DNA of 64,000 nucleotides from a virus (Duplodnaviria > Caudoviricetes). The notes under the pieces are model-generated. The model made no database searches, was not told the DNA's origin, and saw only the letters and a program-made list of their open reading frames with translations. The position numbers were made by a program, and so were the translations under genes. Within the stretch, counting starts at the first letter, position 1; each line of letters opens with the position of its first letter. Location of the stretch: the IMG/VR virus record IMGVR_UViG_3300033513_000001, positions 1-64,000 of that record. One strand, 5' to 3'. This document shows, piece by piece, positions 39,601-49,803 of this stretch.

Positions 39601-40708
39601 ATGGACGGATAATAGCGCAAATGAGACAGGCTTCCAGATTGAGCGCGGACTTAGCGAGTGGGGCTACTTTACCATCATTGATACGGTTGGGGTTGGCGTA
39701 GTGGTGTACCATGACACGGGGCTAACACCTGATACAACCTACTACTATCGCGTTTGCGCCACTCACGCGCTTGGAAATTCGGGTTATTCCAATGTAGCCC
39801 ACGCAATCACAACATTGCTACTTGCCCCCTCTGGCCTAACGGCGTCAGCAGTATCCAACATTGAGATTGACTTGTCGTGGACGAACAACGAGGGAACTGC
39901 TACGCTCAATCTGATTGAGCGCAGTCCAGATGGCATCACATTTGCCCAGATAGACAGTGTGGACGGAGGCGATGCTACCTATAATGACACCACCTGTATT
40001 GCTAACACACAATACTGGTATCAAGTGCGCTGTACAGACGGGGTTACGCACTCTGATTACTCAAACGTCGCAGACGCAACGACGGAACCAACCTTCCCAG
40101 TAACGGGGATTCTGGACACATTCTCTGGCGGAGATCAGGGCCCGCCTCCCGACGCGGATTGGGTGACTCCGGCTGCGCGTGATGGGTGCGTTACCAAAGA
40201 TGGTCAAATGCAGCCTGACCCCGCCGGAGGTCTGGACGGCGGCGCGGTATGGAATCACGGCATCGGAGCATACTCCGAAGTCTATGCAACGACTGCTCAC
40301 GTTCAGGATATGACTGGCGTAGTTGGCACGGTAGACGTGCTCCTCCTTGCCTGCAATTTGGCAAACCACGATCCGCTGGCCGACAACGGTTACTACCTAC
40401 GAGTGTATTACACAGCTGGCTCAGGATTCTCTGTACAACTCTGCGATGACGTGAGTTCATGCGGGGTTGAAAGTTCCTACTTTACACTTGGCGAAGGCGA
40501 TGAGATTGGATTCTCATACAGAGACGATGGGTACTTGCGGGCCTATCGCCGTCCTTCTGGTGGGTCTTGGGTAATGATTCTCAAGCAAGCGACATTCGAT
40601 GTGCATGGTGCTGGTGATTTGGGCGTGTGGATATACCGAGTGCAAATCGGTGCGCCATTTTTCTCCTGTGTTTATCTAGACAACTTTGGTGGAGGCACAA
40701 TCCCGTGA
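36608..40708 (+). CDS. Baseplate hub/central fibre with a PKD-like domain and five FN3 repeats
   Basis: FDASGS...YEW...ISLTVTDD (PKD-like). Five repeats of P.NL.ATA.S...I.L.W...IERS...Y.D.GL...Y.YRV.A...S..SN at ~38.7-40.1 kb. Confidence 0.75.
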   Translation: MNLAPSRVGVLFSPSTPIWTGTISAYVGADTFRLTVATVTGSLADLSAGLAVYTSDGRLVRIKSVNAGSNYIYVAENSLSTVAGGGFVLGTTLSVYNLRLPFPKYQRVMTNVATVTGDAYSLITDLKLFSETTLDSTYWWDVYANSGNWHLQIYNDSTRDPETLVARSTVIPSTGSGWRYSIKEKNDSGLSGGVTLTFSGASPTADDGTITVAAYQVRKDYDITWASLGANDAARNNAEQGPIAIVYPETAKLDLNEVATFDASGSFATYYGADHRAPNPDDPATIPAGGYEWVLGTGGVFDSGEDTSVITCHFTTAGFRYISLTVTDDNSVSQVRYIPVWVGMTPETNFLSGSMSFEIGTSYRARLTMYMPTEPFRYALVLLVDLDNDAPLFLGWIWPHEAEYDFEKRIASFEVWPTLAFLQNVSARPFELYGQKGDAQSWDYFDMLSVPRIAYFLLRWHSTALELCNFKFNVVTASVPTAAAADTPLQYIRDVTAGSIGEQLSVMAASPFLALYGHALGDIEAVLDPIYAADITTPYDTQTLDLTLPNVAVKVRHTLTTPTVNEARLGGWYYDGSNYYPIVVQSPTRPGNWGKPKDDQNFVVSTVSELVTRAGRYIGAENYGDIYGFRCLSHIDLKTYKLVDYPADLFTSATRMIIRKLDLTFDVSKSLWVETLEAKTFGLTELAGQEQETGMDPSPPPESPSTPVTPTNLIATAISNTQIELDWSASGDSHTFIQIWRSPDGTTYANIATVPVTETTYYDSGLSPATPYWYKVIAFNNITFLFSSFSNVATATTTNFTDPTNLFAIAIDATHVTIDWSSTSTGVTAFCVERGTDGVGFAQIATTDDLVMTYADSGLTTDVAYYYRVRATNGVGAFSGYSNVSSATPSGFLAPILSTNNSTTTTVDLIWDDRTSDEEHFEIQRKQTGSWATVQTTLADVVTWQDTLLTPTNLYYYRARATKTGVNSAWSNTVAVVTMNSPTVLTATAISTTAIDLGWTDNSANETGFQIERGLSEWGYFTIIDTVGVGVVVYHDTGLTPDTTYYYRVCATHALGNSGYSNVAHAITTLLLAPSGLTASAVSNIEIDLSWTNNEGTATLNLIERSPDGITFAQIDSVDGGDATYNDTTCIANTQYWYQVRCTDGVTHSDYSNVADATTEPTFPVTGILDTFSGGDQGPPPDADWVTPAARDGCVTKDGQMQPDPAGGLDGGAVWNHGIGAYSEVYATTAHVQDMTGVVGTVDVLLLACNLANHDPLADNGYYLRVYYTAGSGFSVQLCDDVSSCGVESSYFTLGEGDEIGFSYRDDGYLRAYRRPSGGSWVMILKQATFDVHGAGDLGVWIYRVQIGAPFFSCVYLDNFGGGTIP

Positions 40709-41901
40709 GCCTCTCCTCCGTTCTCGACCAATACCAGCAACTCGGCTACCGCGAGTTTGGGACGCTTGGGCATCCCAACGGGAGCCTCGCCGTCTCTGGG
40801 CGGCCTGGCTGGTACTACGTCACCTTCCCGAAGGGCGCAACGGGCGATGTGGACGTGGGCCAGTTCCCCGGCGGCATCGGCCTAGAGCGCGGCATGACTG
40901 TTGCCATCGTGCGTGACCCGTACACAGGCCAGCGCGTCATCAGTTCGTCTACAGCGGGGGGCGCTACACCCATTGGCGGCACAGCGGGCGGGGGCGGCAT
41001 GACGCTTGCCGCACACGCCGCGACACACGGCAAGGACGGAAGCGACCCTGTTGCAACCTATCTCAGCCAAACGCTCGACTTCCGCGCCGTGCCGCAGACC
41101 GCCTTGACCGTCTACGTCTACGGCGGCGTGATACTGTTGGCGGGTGTTTTGACTCTAGTCGCCGCGCAGACGATTGACCTGACCGCCTACAAGCCGCCTT
41201 CTGGCTCTGGCGCTTGCTACGTCCTTGTCTACTTCAACACAGCGGGCACGATTCAGGCGACGGCGGGTACTACGGTGTCGAGTCGCGGCCTGTTGACAAT
41301 GGCCGATGTTCCCGCGATTCCTTCCGGCTGCCTCGCAAGCGCAGCGGTCATCTTGGTGGCGAGCAACACCACAGTCATGGACACGCCCGCCCGACGCGAC
41401 ATTGTGGACTTGCGCTTTGCTGGCTCGGCTTCGCACAATCTTCTGAGCGGAACGCACGGTGACACGCTGACGGCGAGCGTTGTGGACGGCGACATTATCA
41501 TCGGCAACGTCACGCCGAAGTGGTCAAGGCTGGCTATTTCAATTCCAGCAGCGGGAACGCTCAACTATCTCGGCATCAACAACGGCGAGTTGAGGCCAAG
41601 TTGGAAATCGGCCAGCGCAGCGCCAGGTGTGGCGGCCTCTGTCCTGCAAAGTGACACAGCGGGAAGCCTGACTCTTGGCGGCATCGTCTACTCCAAGCAA
41701 GCGGCGGCGGCAGGAATCTCGCTTGACCACAACAGCGCAACGGGCAATTTCACGCTGTCGCTCAGTCCGTCAAACCTGACAGCGAACCGTCGGGCAACGT
41801 TCCCAAACTACACAGGCGGGGTTGAACTTGTCCCGATTGAGTCCGCAACCGAACCTGCCGCCCCGCTGTTCGCGGGGATGCTGTGGCTGGATACGTCTTG
41901 A
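40705..41901 (+). CDS. Tail fibre/baseplate-associated protein
   Basis: GTG overlapping the upstream stop; HAATHGKDGSDP motif; G/A/T-rich. Confidence 0.55.
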   Translation: MSLSSVLDQYQQLGYREFGTLGHPNGSLAVSGRPGWYYVTFPKGATGDVDVGQFPGGIGLERGMTVAIVRDPYTGQRVISSSTAGGATPIGGTAGGGGMTLAAHAATHGKDGSDPVATYLSQTLDFRAVPQTALTVYVYGGVILLAGVLTLVAAQTIDLTAYKPPSGSGACYVLVYFNTAGTIQATAGTTVSSRGLLTMADVPAIPSGCLASAAVILVASNTTVMDTPARRDIVDLRFAGSASHNLLSGTHGDTLTASVVDGDIIIGNVTPKWSRLAISIPAAGTLNYLGINNGELRPSWKSASAAPGVAASVLQSDTAGSLTLGGIVYSKQAAAAGISLDHNSATGNFTLSLSPSNLTANRRATFPNYTGGVELVPIESATEPAAPLFAGMLWLDTS

Positions 41902-41910
41902 GGGGGCGTA

Positions 41911-44900
41911 ATGGAGGATTTTTCTGTCTGCGTCATAGCGCGTAATGAGGAGCGCGGTCTGGGGCGCCTGCTAAAGTCTCTGGCGGGCGTCAAGGATATT
42001 GTCGTCTTGGACACAGGCTCCACTGACCGAACGGTGGAAATCGCCAAGTCCTACGGTTGCAACATCGTCTCTGTGGGCGACCGCTTCCGCTACAAGGCAA
42101 CCCAAGCGCAGGTAGACGAGTGGCAAGCCCGCTTTGGGTGGAAGCCTGCTTTTGACACGCAAGGCAGTTACTTCCACTTTGCTGATGCGCGTAACTATTG
42201 CGCCTCGTTCGCCAAGAACGATTGGGTGTTCTGTCCCGACGGTGACGAGGAGATGCGATGGGACTTGGCGAAAGTGCGCGAGGTCATCCAACACGAAGAC
42301 CATCTTGTGTACAGATTCGCCTATGCCCACAACCCGGATGGGACGCCCGCATTGGAGTTCACGCAATGCAAATTCTTCCGACGCAGCAAGTTTCACTGGA
42401 CAAAATGGGTGCATGAAGTTGAAGGGCCACTACCGGGGCAGAATCCAAAGCCCCCATTCTACTGCGACTTTATCTATCACCATCATTGGCAAAATCCGAC
42501 AACGGCGCGGGCCAATTATTTGCCGGGCCTTGAGCTGTCCGTCTTGGGAAATTTTGACGATGACCGCAACGTGTTCTACTTGGGCCGCGAGTATATGTGG
42601 TTGGGCCGATGGGACGAAGCCATTTTCATGTTCAAGCACGCGCTTGAAATCCAAACTTGGCTGGCAGAGCGCGGAGAAGCGTGGCATTTCATCGGAAACT
42701 GCTATCGTACTCAAGGCAAGAACAGCGAGGCTATCGAGGCTTACCATCACTCAATGATGGAAGACGACTCGCGCCGAGAGGCATTTTTCGCCCTAGCCTC
42801 TCTCTACGATGACGCGCAACAACTTGAGCGGGCCATTGTCTATTATCAGGCAGCGATGGCGATTCCCTACAGTCCGCACGGCTATCTCAACGACATGAAG
42901 TTGTTTGGCGCGACCATCCCTGACCGACTGGCCTTTGCCCATCACCGCTTGGGCCACTATGAGGAGAGCAAGAAGTGGTGGCTGGAGGCGATGGCCCACA
43001 ACCCCGATGAGCGCATTCTGAGCAACTTCCGATTCTATTATGGCTACAGCCCGCCGCTGGTTTCCATTGTCGTGCCGACAGTCCGACCCGATGGGTTCAG
43101 GCGTCTTGAGGAGTCTATCAAGAGGAACACCCTCTACCCCAACTGGGAAATCGTCAAGGTGGATGGCGAGGGAACGGCCATTGAGAAATTCAACAAGGGT
43201 GTGGAACAGGCGAAGGGCGACTTTATCGTGTTTCTTGCCGACGACACTGAGGTTTGCTATGGCTGGCTCGTTCAGGCATACACCTGCTTCAAAGAGCACT
43301 TTGACAACAGGGGATTGGTTGTTCTGAACGAAGGCTATTGGCGCGGGGCTATGGCTAACCATTTCTTTTGCAGTAAGAATATCCGCGATGAGTTGGATGG
43401 AGAGATATGGCACGGCGGCTACCATCACGTTGGAGCCGACAATGAACTCAGTCAGCGCCTTAAGCAAAAGCGGCTCATTGCCTACGCCCCGAATGCCAAA
43501 ATCATCCATCACCATCCCTGGACGCAAACTGATGGGACACCGCCTGCACCGAATGATGAATACTACGAGCGCATCTACAAGCATCTTGAGGCTGACCGCC
43601 AATTGCTGTGTGACCGACAAAGGGCGCTAAAGTTTGGCCCGAAAATCGCGGCCTTCTGCACGACCAACAACAACGCGGACATCATTGAGGAGTTCGTCAG
43701 AGAGAGTCTGAAGTACGTGGCGGAAGTCTATATCTCCGACAACGGCTCAACGGATGGAACGGCTGAGATTGCCCGCGCCGATGGCGCTCGTGTCCGAGAC
43801 TCCGGCCTCGTCCACAACGACGAGGACTACAATGAGGGCGCAACCAAGCAAAAGGCGCTTGACTTTGCAATGGCGAGCGATTGCGACTGGTTCCTGTACT
43901 TGGACTCCGACGAGATACTTGAGGAACGAGCGGCAACGATATTGCCCCATCTCATCAACGACTTGCGCTATGACTCCTACGGCATGGCAGTTCCAACCTT
44001 CTGGCTGGACAGGGTTCACTACCGCGTGGATGGGGACTTTGCCATGTACATCAACCATCCCTACCCGACCAAGCTGTTCAATCGGCAGTCGGGCATTCAG
44101 ATGACCGACCCGCCAAAGGGACAACACTCACGCCCACAGGTCAAGAACGCACTCAGGCACACCGACTGCGACTTGATGGTAAAGCATTACTCATTCCCAG
44201 ACCGAGAAACAGCCCTGCGTAAGTACAACCGCTACCGCAAGGCTGACCCAGATAGCGTGATGTCCCGAAGCGTACCGCACTATGAGCACATCCACCCAGA
44301 CTATTCGGGCGTGAAACTGGAATCTTGGGGGCAATTCTATCCCGCTTTGAATGAGATTGTCCGACAAGACGACCTTGTGTTTGACATCGGAGCCAACGCA
44401 GGCAACTGGACACGCATTTTCAAGAGTCTCGGCGCTAGAGTGGTATCCGTTGAGCCAAACCCCGAAGCGGCTGACAGCATCACGAATGACGTTGTAGTGC
44501 GTAAGGCGTGTACAGACCGGGCGAACGGTACGCTGAGTTTATGCCTGCCTAACGACCACGACCTCAGCGTGTTGGCAACGATTCTGCCAGAGCGTGCCCA
44601 TTGCAATTTCTACCACGCTGCCTTTGACCAGAACAAGACCATTCAAGTCCCAACGACCACGCTGGACGAATTGATTGAGCAATACGGAGTCCCGAAGCAC
44701 ATCAAGGTTGATGTCGAGGGAGCCGAAGTCCAAGTCCTGAAGGGGCTTTCCTGCCCTGTCCAGTGGCTATCCTTTGAGATTCTGGGAATGCAACCAGATT
44801 GGAACGAGCCTTTTGATTTGATTGAGAAACTTGGCGAGTACCAGTTCAACATCACGTCCGGTCTTGACAGCGGCCCAGAGGATTGGAAGTTCCTTACCGA

Positions 44901-44991
44901 GTGGGGTAGCAAGGAATCCATTGAGAAATACTTTCAGAGCATCGCCAAGCCGACAAGTTACTTCAATGTGTACTGTAGGAGAGCGACCTGA
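41911..44991 (+). CDS. Multidomain GT2-TPR-GT2-GT2-FkbM protein
   Basis: [20 protein letters not shown]; TPRs ([22 protein letters not shown]); VSIVVPT/FLADD; [17 protein letters not shown]; [21 protein letters not shown]. Confidence 0.9.
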   Translation: MEDFSVCVIARNEERGLGRLLKSLAGVKDIVVLDTGSTDRTVEIAKSYGCNIVSVGDRFRYKATQAQVDEWQARFGWKPAFDTQGSYFHFADARNYCASFAKNDWVFCPDGDEEMRWDLAKVREVIQHEDHLVYRFAYAHNPDGTPALEFTQCKFFRRSKFHWTKWVHEVEGPLPGQNPKPPFYCDFIYHHHWQNPTTARANYLPGLELSVLGNFDDDRNVFYLGREYMWLGRWDEAIFMFKHALEIQTWLAERGEAWHFIGNCYRTQGKNSEAIEAYHHSMMEDDSRREAFFALASLYDDAQQLERAIVYYQAAMAIPYSPHGYLNDMKLFGATIPDRLAFAHHRLGHYEESKKWWLEAMAHNPDERILSNFRFYYGYSPPLVSIVVPTVRPDGFRRLEESIKRNTLYPNWEIVKVDGEGTAIEKFNKGVEQAKGDFIVFLADDTEVCYGWLVQAYTCFKEHFDNRGLVVLNEGYWRGAMANHFFCSKNIRDELDGEIWHGGYHHVGADNELSQRLKQKRLIAYAPNAKIIHHHPWTQTDGTPPAPNDEYYERIYKHLEADRQLLCDRQRALKFGPKIAAFCTTNNNADIIEEFVRESLKYVAEVYISDNGSTDGTAEIARADGARVRDSGLVHNDEDYNEGATKQKALDFAMASDCDWFLYLDSDEILEERAATILPHLINDLRYDSYGMAVPTFWLDRVHYRVDGDFAMYINHPYPTKLFNRQSGIQMTDPPKGQHSRPQVKNALRHTDCDLMVKHYSFPDRETALRKYNRYRKADPDSVMSRSVPHYEHIHPDYSGVKLESWGQFYPALNEIVRQDDLVFDIGANAGNWTRIFKSLGARVVSVEPNPEAADSITNDVVVRKACTDRANGTLSLCLPNDHDLSVLATILPERAHCNFYHAAFDQNKTIQVPTTTLDELIEQYGVPKHIKVDVEGAEVQVLKGLSCPVQWLSFEILGMQPDWNEPFDLIEKLGEYQFNITSGLDSGPEDWKFLTEWGSKESIEKYFQSIAKPTSYFNVYCRRAT

Positions 44992-47717
44992 TGGCAGTCT
45001 TGAAAATACGTGACGCCACAAACTCTAGTTGGATTGAAGTCAGCGGCGGCGCTACCGGATACACCGGGTACACTGGCTATACTGGTTACACAGGATATAG
45101 CGGTGCCGACTCGGCTGTCACAGGCTACACAGGATATACTGGCTACACCGGCTACTCAGGAGCAGACTCCGCTGTAACGGGTTACACGGGCTATACAGGC
45201 TATACTGGCTACACGGGCGACTCAGGCGCGGCGACTGCAACGGGCGCAACGGGATACACTGGTTACACCGGCTACACCGGCTATACCGGCGCGGATTCTG
45301 CTGTAACGGGCTATACTGGCTACACCGGATACACGGGCTATACAGGTTACTCAGGAGCCGATTCTGCCGTCACCGGCTATACTGGCTACACGGGTTACAC
45401 CGGGTACACTGGCGCTGATGGAGCCGCTACCACTACCGGGGCAACGGGCTACACAGGTTACACCGGCTACACAGGTTACAGCGGTGCGGATTCCACTGTC
45501 ACGGGTTACACAGGATACACTGGTTACACCGGCCCTGTTGGAGAGACGGGCTACACAGGTTATTCGGGTGCAGACTCAACCGTCACGGGCTACACGGGAT
45601 ATACCGGCTATACTGGCTATTCTGGCGCAGACTCAGCCGTAACCGGGTACACAGGGTACACGGGGTACTCCGGGGCTGACTCAACTGTGACAGGATACAC
45701 CGGATACACAGGAGCGGACTCAACAGTCACAGGTTACACAGGATACACTGGTTACAGTGGAGCGGATAGCGCGGTCACAGGCTATACAGGCTACACAGGA
45801 TACACCGGCCCAGATATCACCGGCCCAACGGGGTACACCGGCTACTCCGGCAAAGATTCTACCGTGACGGGCTACACAGGATATACTGGATATTCTGGGG
45901 CGGACTCGACGGTCACGGGGTACACTGGATACACCGGGTATACTGGATACAGCGGGGCAGACAGTTCTGTAACAGGCTACACGGGTTACACGGGTTATTC
46001 AGGCTATACGGGTTACACGGGTTACAGTGGTGCGGACTCTGCTGTTACTGGATACACAGGTTATACCGGCTATACAGGATACTCTGGGGCCGACTCCGCA
46101 GTTACAGGATACACTGGTTACACAGGTTACAGCGGAGCCGACTCAACAGTAACGGGGCCAACTGGCTATACGGGATACAGCGGTGCGAACTCCACCGTTA
46201 CTGGCTACACTGGTTACACTGGGTACACAGGCTACAGTGGGGCCGATTCCTCTGTGACTGGTTACACGGGCTATACGGGCTATTCGGGCGCAGATTCCTC
46301 CGTCACAGGATACACTGGCTACACTGGCCCAATCGGGGCGACGGGATACACGGGCTATTCTGGTGCAGACTCAACTGTGACAGGTTACACTGGCCCAGTA
46401 GGGCCAACAGGCTACACGGGATATTCCGGGGCCGATTCCTCTGTAACGGGGTATACGGGATACACGGGTTACTCTGGCGCGGATTCAACGGTGACGGGCT
46501 ACACAGGATATTCAGGAGCAGACTCAACTGTTACTGGATACACGGGCTATACAGGCTATAGCGGAGCCGACAGCACCGTTACGGGGCCGACAGGTTATAC
46601 GGGCTACACTGGTTACTCAGGAGCAAACAGCACCGTAACGGGTTACACGGGTTACACTGGATACTCAGGAGCAAATTCAACCGTCACGGGGTACACTGGC
46701 TACACTGGATACAGCGGGACTAACTCAACAGTAACAGGATACACTGGCTACACTGGATACACAGGCGACATTCAGGGCGCGGGCATCATCGGGCGAGTGG
46801 CACAATTCGTTACGAACACAAAGACGCTTGAAGCGGCCAACATCATCGGGCCAGCCGCGAACGTCCTGACATTGACCGCAACGGCAGCCAGCACGTTGGG
46901 ACTGGCAATTTCAGCCGGAAAGGTATTGACGCTCACGGCAACCGATACCAGCGGCATCACATTCACGGGCGCATCGGTTCTCACTGTGCCAGTGACAGGC
47001 ACGGCAGCTTTGCTTGGAGTCGCCAATGCCTTCACGAACGACAACACGGTTGCAAGCGGGAAATTCTTCACCTGCCTGACCGATGGTGACACAGGCGGGT
47101 TGCGGGCTGGCTCAGGCTCAGACGTCCTGTTGTATCGCAATGCGGCAGACACATGGCGAACGCCAGACTCACTAATTGTAGATTCGGGGTTAGGTGTAGG
47201 CACAGTGGCCGCACCTACGACAAAGATTTTGACAGTGGGCGCAGGCGCATCTGGCGTGGATGCAGAGGTCATCAGGTTCAACAGAACCGATGATGCCAAC
47301 CGATATAACTCTATCAAAAGTTTATCGGCCACTGGCGGCAATGCTTCTATCTCATTCTATGTTCACGACGGAGTTGGGGCAGCGACTCAGAAGGATGTGC
47401 TGGTGCTATACGGGAGCGGAGTATCGGCGTTCGGCGGATTGGTGACGATTAACGGTGGTCTTAATGTCGGTGCGGCGACTGACCCAGGCGACAACAACCT
47501 ATGGGTGGAGGGGACTGCTTTTGCTCAATATTTAGTCGCAAACAATTCAAGCGCAATCGCTACCGCTACAGTGAACGGGGCAATAGCTATCGTGGACGGC
47601 ATGACGGCTCCTGGGACATCGGCAGGTTGGGCGCTCATCTACGTGGATACTGCCGATGGCGACCTCAAGGTCAAATTTGGCGATGGGACGGTCAAAGTCT
47701 TGGCGGCAGACACGTGA
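44991..47717 (+). CDS. Collagen-like fibre protein (GYT/GYS triplets with GADSTVT interruptions)
   Basis: ~570 aa of Gly-X-Y repeats at 45049-46770, followed by a beta-rich C-terminal head. Confidence 0.85.
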   Translation: MAVLKIRDATNSSWIEVSGGATGYTGYTGYTGYTGYSGADSAVTGYTGYTGYTGYSGADSAVTGYTGYTGYTGYTGDSGAATATGATGYTGYTGYTGYTGADSAVTGYTGYTGYTGYTGYSGADSAVTGYTGYTGYTGYTGADGAATTTGATGYTGYTGYTGYSGADSTVTGYTGYTGYTGPVGETGYTGYSGADSTVTGYTGYTGYTGYSGADSAVTGYTGYTGYSGADSTVTGYTGYTGADSTVTGYTGYTGYSGADSAVTGYTGYTGYTGPDITGPTGYTGYSGKDSTVTGYTGYTGYSGADSTVTGYTGYTGYTGYSGADSSVTGYTGYTGYSGYTGYTGYSGADSAVTGYTGYTGYTGYSGADSAVTGYTGYTGYSGADSTVTGPTGYTGYSGANSTVTGYTGYTGYTGYSGADSSVTGYTGYTGYSGADSSVTGYTGYTGPIGATGYTGYSGADSTVTGYTGPVGPTGYTGYSGADSSVTGYTGYTGYSGADSTVTGYTGYSGADSTVTGYTGYTGYSGADSTVTGPTGYTGYTGYSGANSTVTGYTGYTGYSGANSTVTGYTGYTGYSGTNSTVTGYTGYTGYTGDIQGAGIIGRVAQFVTNTKTLEAANIIGPAANVLTLTATAASTLGLAISAGKVLTLTATDTSGITFTGASVLTVPVTGTAALLGVANAFTNDNTVASGKFFTCLTDGDTGGLRAGSGSDVLLYRNAADTWRTPDSLIVDSGLGVGTVAAPTTKILTVGAGASGVDAEVIRFNRTDDANRYNSIKSLSATGGNASISFYVHDGVGAATQKDVLVLYGSGVSAFGGLVTINGGLNVGAATDPGDNNLWVEGTAFAQYLVANNSSAIATATVNGAIAIVDGMTAPGTSAGWALIYVDTADGDLKVKFGDGTVKVLAADT

Positions 47718-47724
47718 GGTAACT

Positions 47725-47994
47725 ATGTTTTCAGATTATGGCACAAAGTCATCCAGCGTTTTATCCGGTGCTCAAATCCTGACCAATGTCAGGTCGCTGT
47801 ACAGGGAAGCCAATATACTAGCGGCGAAGTTGGCACTCTACCAGTCTGCAACTGACCCTGCGTTCAACGCCGCCGTCAACGCAACGTACACAGTCGCAGA
47901 GCGGGCAGAATTGGCAGCAATGCTGACTGAAGTCACCGCGCTGGTGACGGATTGGGAAACCAATCATCCACAAGCGATTGGCAACGCAAGTTGA
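47725..47994 (+). CDS. Small helical protein, possible fibre chaperone
   Basis: GAGG RBS then ATG 47725. Confidence 0.5.
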   Translation: MFSDYGTKSSSVLSGAQILTNVRSLYREANILAAKLALYQSATDPAFNAAVNATYTVAERAELAAMLTEVTALVTDWETNHPQAIGNAS

Positions 47995-48019
47995 CACACC
48001 GCCCAAACGGGCGTATACT
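47991..48019 (+). promoter_or_regulatory. Sigma70-type promoter of the lysis module
   Basis: TTGACA-N17-TATACT; the spacer contains the inverted repeat CGCCC-AAAC-GGGCG. Confidence 0.75.
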
Positions 48020-48038
48020 ACACTCATGGAGTAGAACA

Positions 48039-48473
48039 GTGAATTGGGAAACTCTTGTCCTCACGCTCATCACGTCTGCGCTATCCGCCACAATCATCTC
48101 TGTCGTCGGCAACGTCATCGTCGAGTCCATGCGAAGGGGCAAGACGCAGGCCGAGGCGAACAACATCCGGGCCGAGACGGAGGAGAAACGGGCACGCGTA
48201 GCAAAGCAACAGATGGAAACCGACATCAGGTTGGGTGATGAACAGGATGAGAAGATTAGTCAACTCAGGGAAGAACTGGATAAGCAAGGCTGTCGCATTT
48301 CCCTGATGGACATCCACATCAACGATTTGGTAATGTTGGTGTCTCAATTGCTAGAGTGCATTCAGGCGGGCAAACCCGCAACGGGGATTGACTTCTCCAT
48401 TCTCAACCGCGTTCGCTGGCAGCAACGGCTGGCGACGATGGAGAAGATGTCCGAAGAACAGGGGGTGAAATGA
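48039..48473 (+). CDS. N-terminal TM plus coiled-coil protein (holin/antiholin-like)
   Basis: WETLVLTLITSALSATIISVVGNVI TM helix then coiled coil; sits in the lysis region. Confidence 0.5.
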   Translation: MNWETLVLTLITSALSATIISVVGNVIVESMRRGKTQAEANNIRAETEEKRARVAKQQMETDIRLGDEQDEKISQLREELDKQGCRISLMDIHINDLVMLVSQLLECIQAGKPATGIDFSILNRVRWQQRLATMEKMSEEQGVK

Positions 48474-49357
48474 AACGACTCGTTATTGCGATTGTCTTGG
48501 CGCTTGCGGCGTGTGTTGTCCCGCCGCCCGTTAGCCCACCTATCACACCAACTTTCGTCAGTGCGCTTCCGCGACCCGTCTGGACTTCCACCATCATCCC
48601 CAACGCGCTGGTGAACGGCGGCATGAATACGCCCTACAGCAATCCTCAGTACATGACCATCAATCTACCGTGGGGCTGGTCGTTCGGCTGGCAACAAGAC
48701 CCACCCTGCATCCCGAACTCGCCCGGTTGCCCGTGTCCGACGAACTGCATCCAGCCAAGCGGGTCGTGCAACCACGACTATGGTTGCTCATGGGCAATGC
48801 CAGAGGCTTCAAGGGTATTGGCGATTGAGTACGAGGGGCTAAGGACACGCGAGGGGGACGCGAGCGCCAAAGTGTTTGTCATGGGTCGTCAGTTCATGGG
48901 ATGGTACTACCAACGGGTCGAGGTCGGGCTAGGCAATCCCATCACCTTCACAACCTACCTGCAAGCGTGGATGTATTTCGACTATGCAAACACCAGTCAC
49001 GGCCAACGGAGCGACAAACCAACCACCATGCACTTGCGAGTTGGAATTGACCCATTCGGCGGGAACGATGTCAACAGCGCCAGCATCGTGTGGAGTCCAG
49101 AGGGGGACGCGTTCAGGATTGACAAGAACAGCCCAAACATCTGGAAAAAGTTTTCGGTCACGACAAACTCAATGGGCAGATTTGTGACTGTGTTTGTCTA
49201 TGCCAACCCAGACTGGTCAAAGCCTGCATTGGACTTTCCAGAATTGTACGACGGAAACTACGCCAGATCACAAGATTTGTATGTAGACGAGTCACGTCTT
49301 GAAGTCAATGTGATTCATCCTATCTACAGACTGTACCTGCCGCTAGTCAGGAGATAA
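48470..49357 (+). CDS. Lipoprotein with carbohydrate-binding-like domain and Chloroflexota-type C-terminal motif
   Basis: Signal peptide with lipobox LAAC; LRVGIDPFGG; ends IYRLYLPLVRR. Confidence 0.65.
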   Translation: MKRLVIAIVLALAACVVPPPVSPPITPTFVSALPRPVWTSTIIPNALVNGGMNTPYSNPQYMTINLPWGWSFGWQQDPPCIPNSPGCPCPTNCIQPSGSCNHDYGCSWAMPEASRVLAIEYEGLRTREGDASAKVFVMGRQFMGWYYQRVEVGLGNPITFTTYLQAWMYFDYANTSHGQRSDKPTTMHLRVGIDPFGGNDVNSASIVWSPEGDAFRIDKNSPNIWKKFSVTTNSMGRFVTVFVYANPDWSKPALDFPELYDGNYARSQDLYVDESRLEVNVIHPIYRLYLPLVRR

Positions 49358-49362
49358 CCGCA

Positions 49363-49641
49363 ATGTCTTGGCGCAACACTGTCCTAGAACTCTACGAGCC
49401 TGACGACGGCTGGCCCACCGAAGGCGAACCTGCCGACTGGATTGCAGAAGCCAAAGTCGGCTGGTGTCAAGGAACGGCAGAATGTCTCATCGTCTTGACG
49501 CCCACTTGGAGAATCGCGTGGTGGAAGGTCAAGTATTGGGTGGGCCTGATTGCCGAAACATTGTCCTATTACCTCTACTGGAAGTGGTGGATGGCGGGGC
49601 ATGAGAAGGAGTTTGCGGAGTGGTATGGACAGGCCGATTGA
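49363..49641 (+). CDS. Trp-rich hypothetical protein
   Basis: ORF between the lipoprotein and the lysin. Confidence 0.4.
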   Translation: MSWRNTVLELYEPDDGWPTEGEPADWIAEAKVGWCQGTAECLIVLTPTWRIAWWKVKYWVGLIAETLSYYLYWKWWMAGHEKEFAEWYGQAD

Positions 49642-49803
49642 CCGAATAAGGCAATACCAATTCGTCAGTTGGTTTCCTGACTGGCGCGGGTTTTGGTTTC
49701 GCAGATTTGGTGAGAAGGACTCTGACCTTGCAATGTTTTTCAAATGGTTCTTGTCCATCGGCTTTTGGGAAATCCGCAAGTGGCAAGCAAAGAGGCCATA
49801 CTG

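Noticed and set aside
45049-46770. Collagen-region DNA repeats as a non-coding array
   Set aside because: The period is a multiple of 3 with variation at third codon positions, so it is protein-level repetition.
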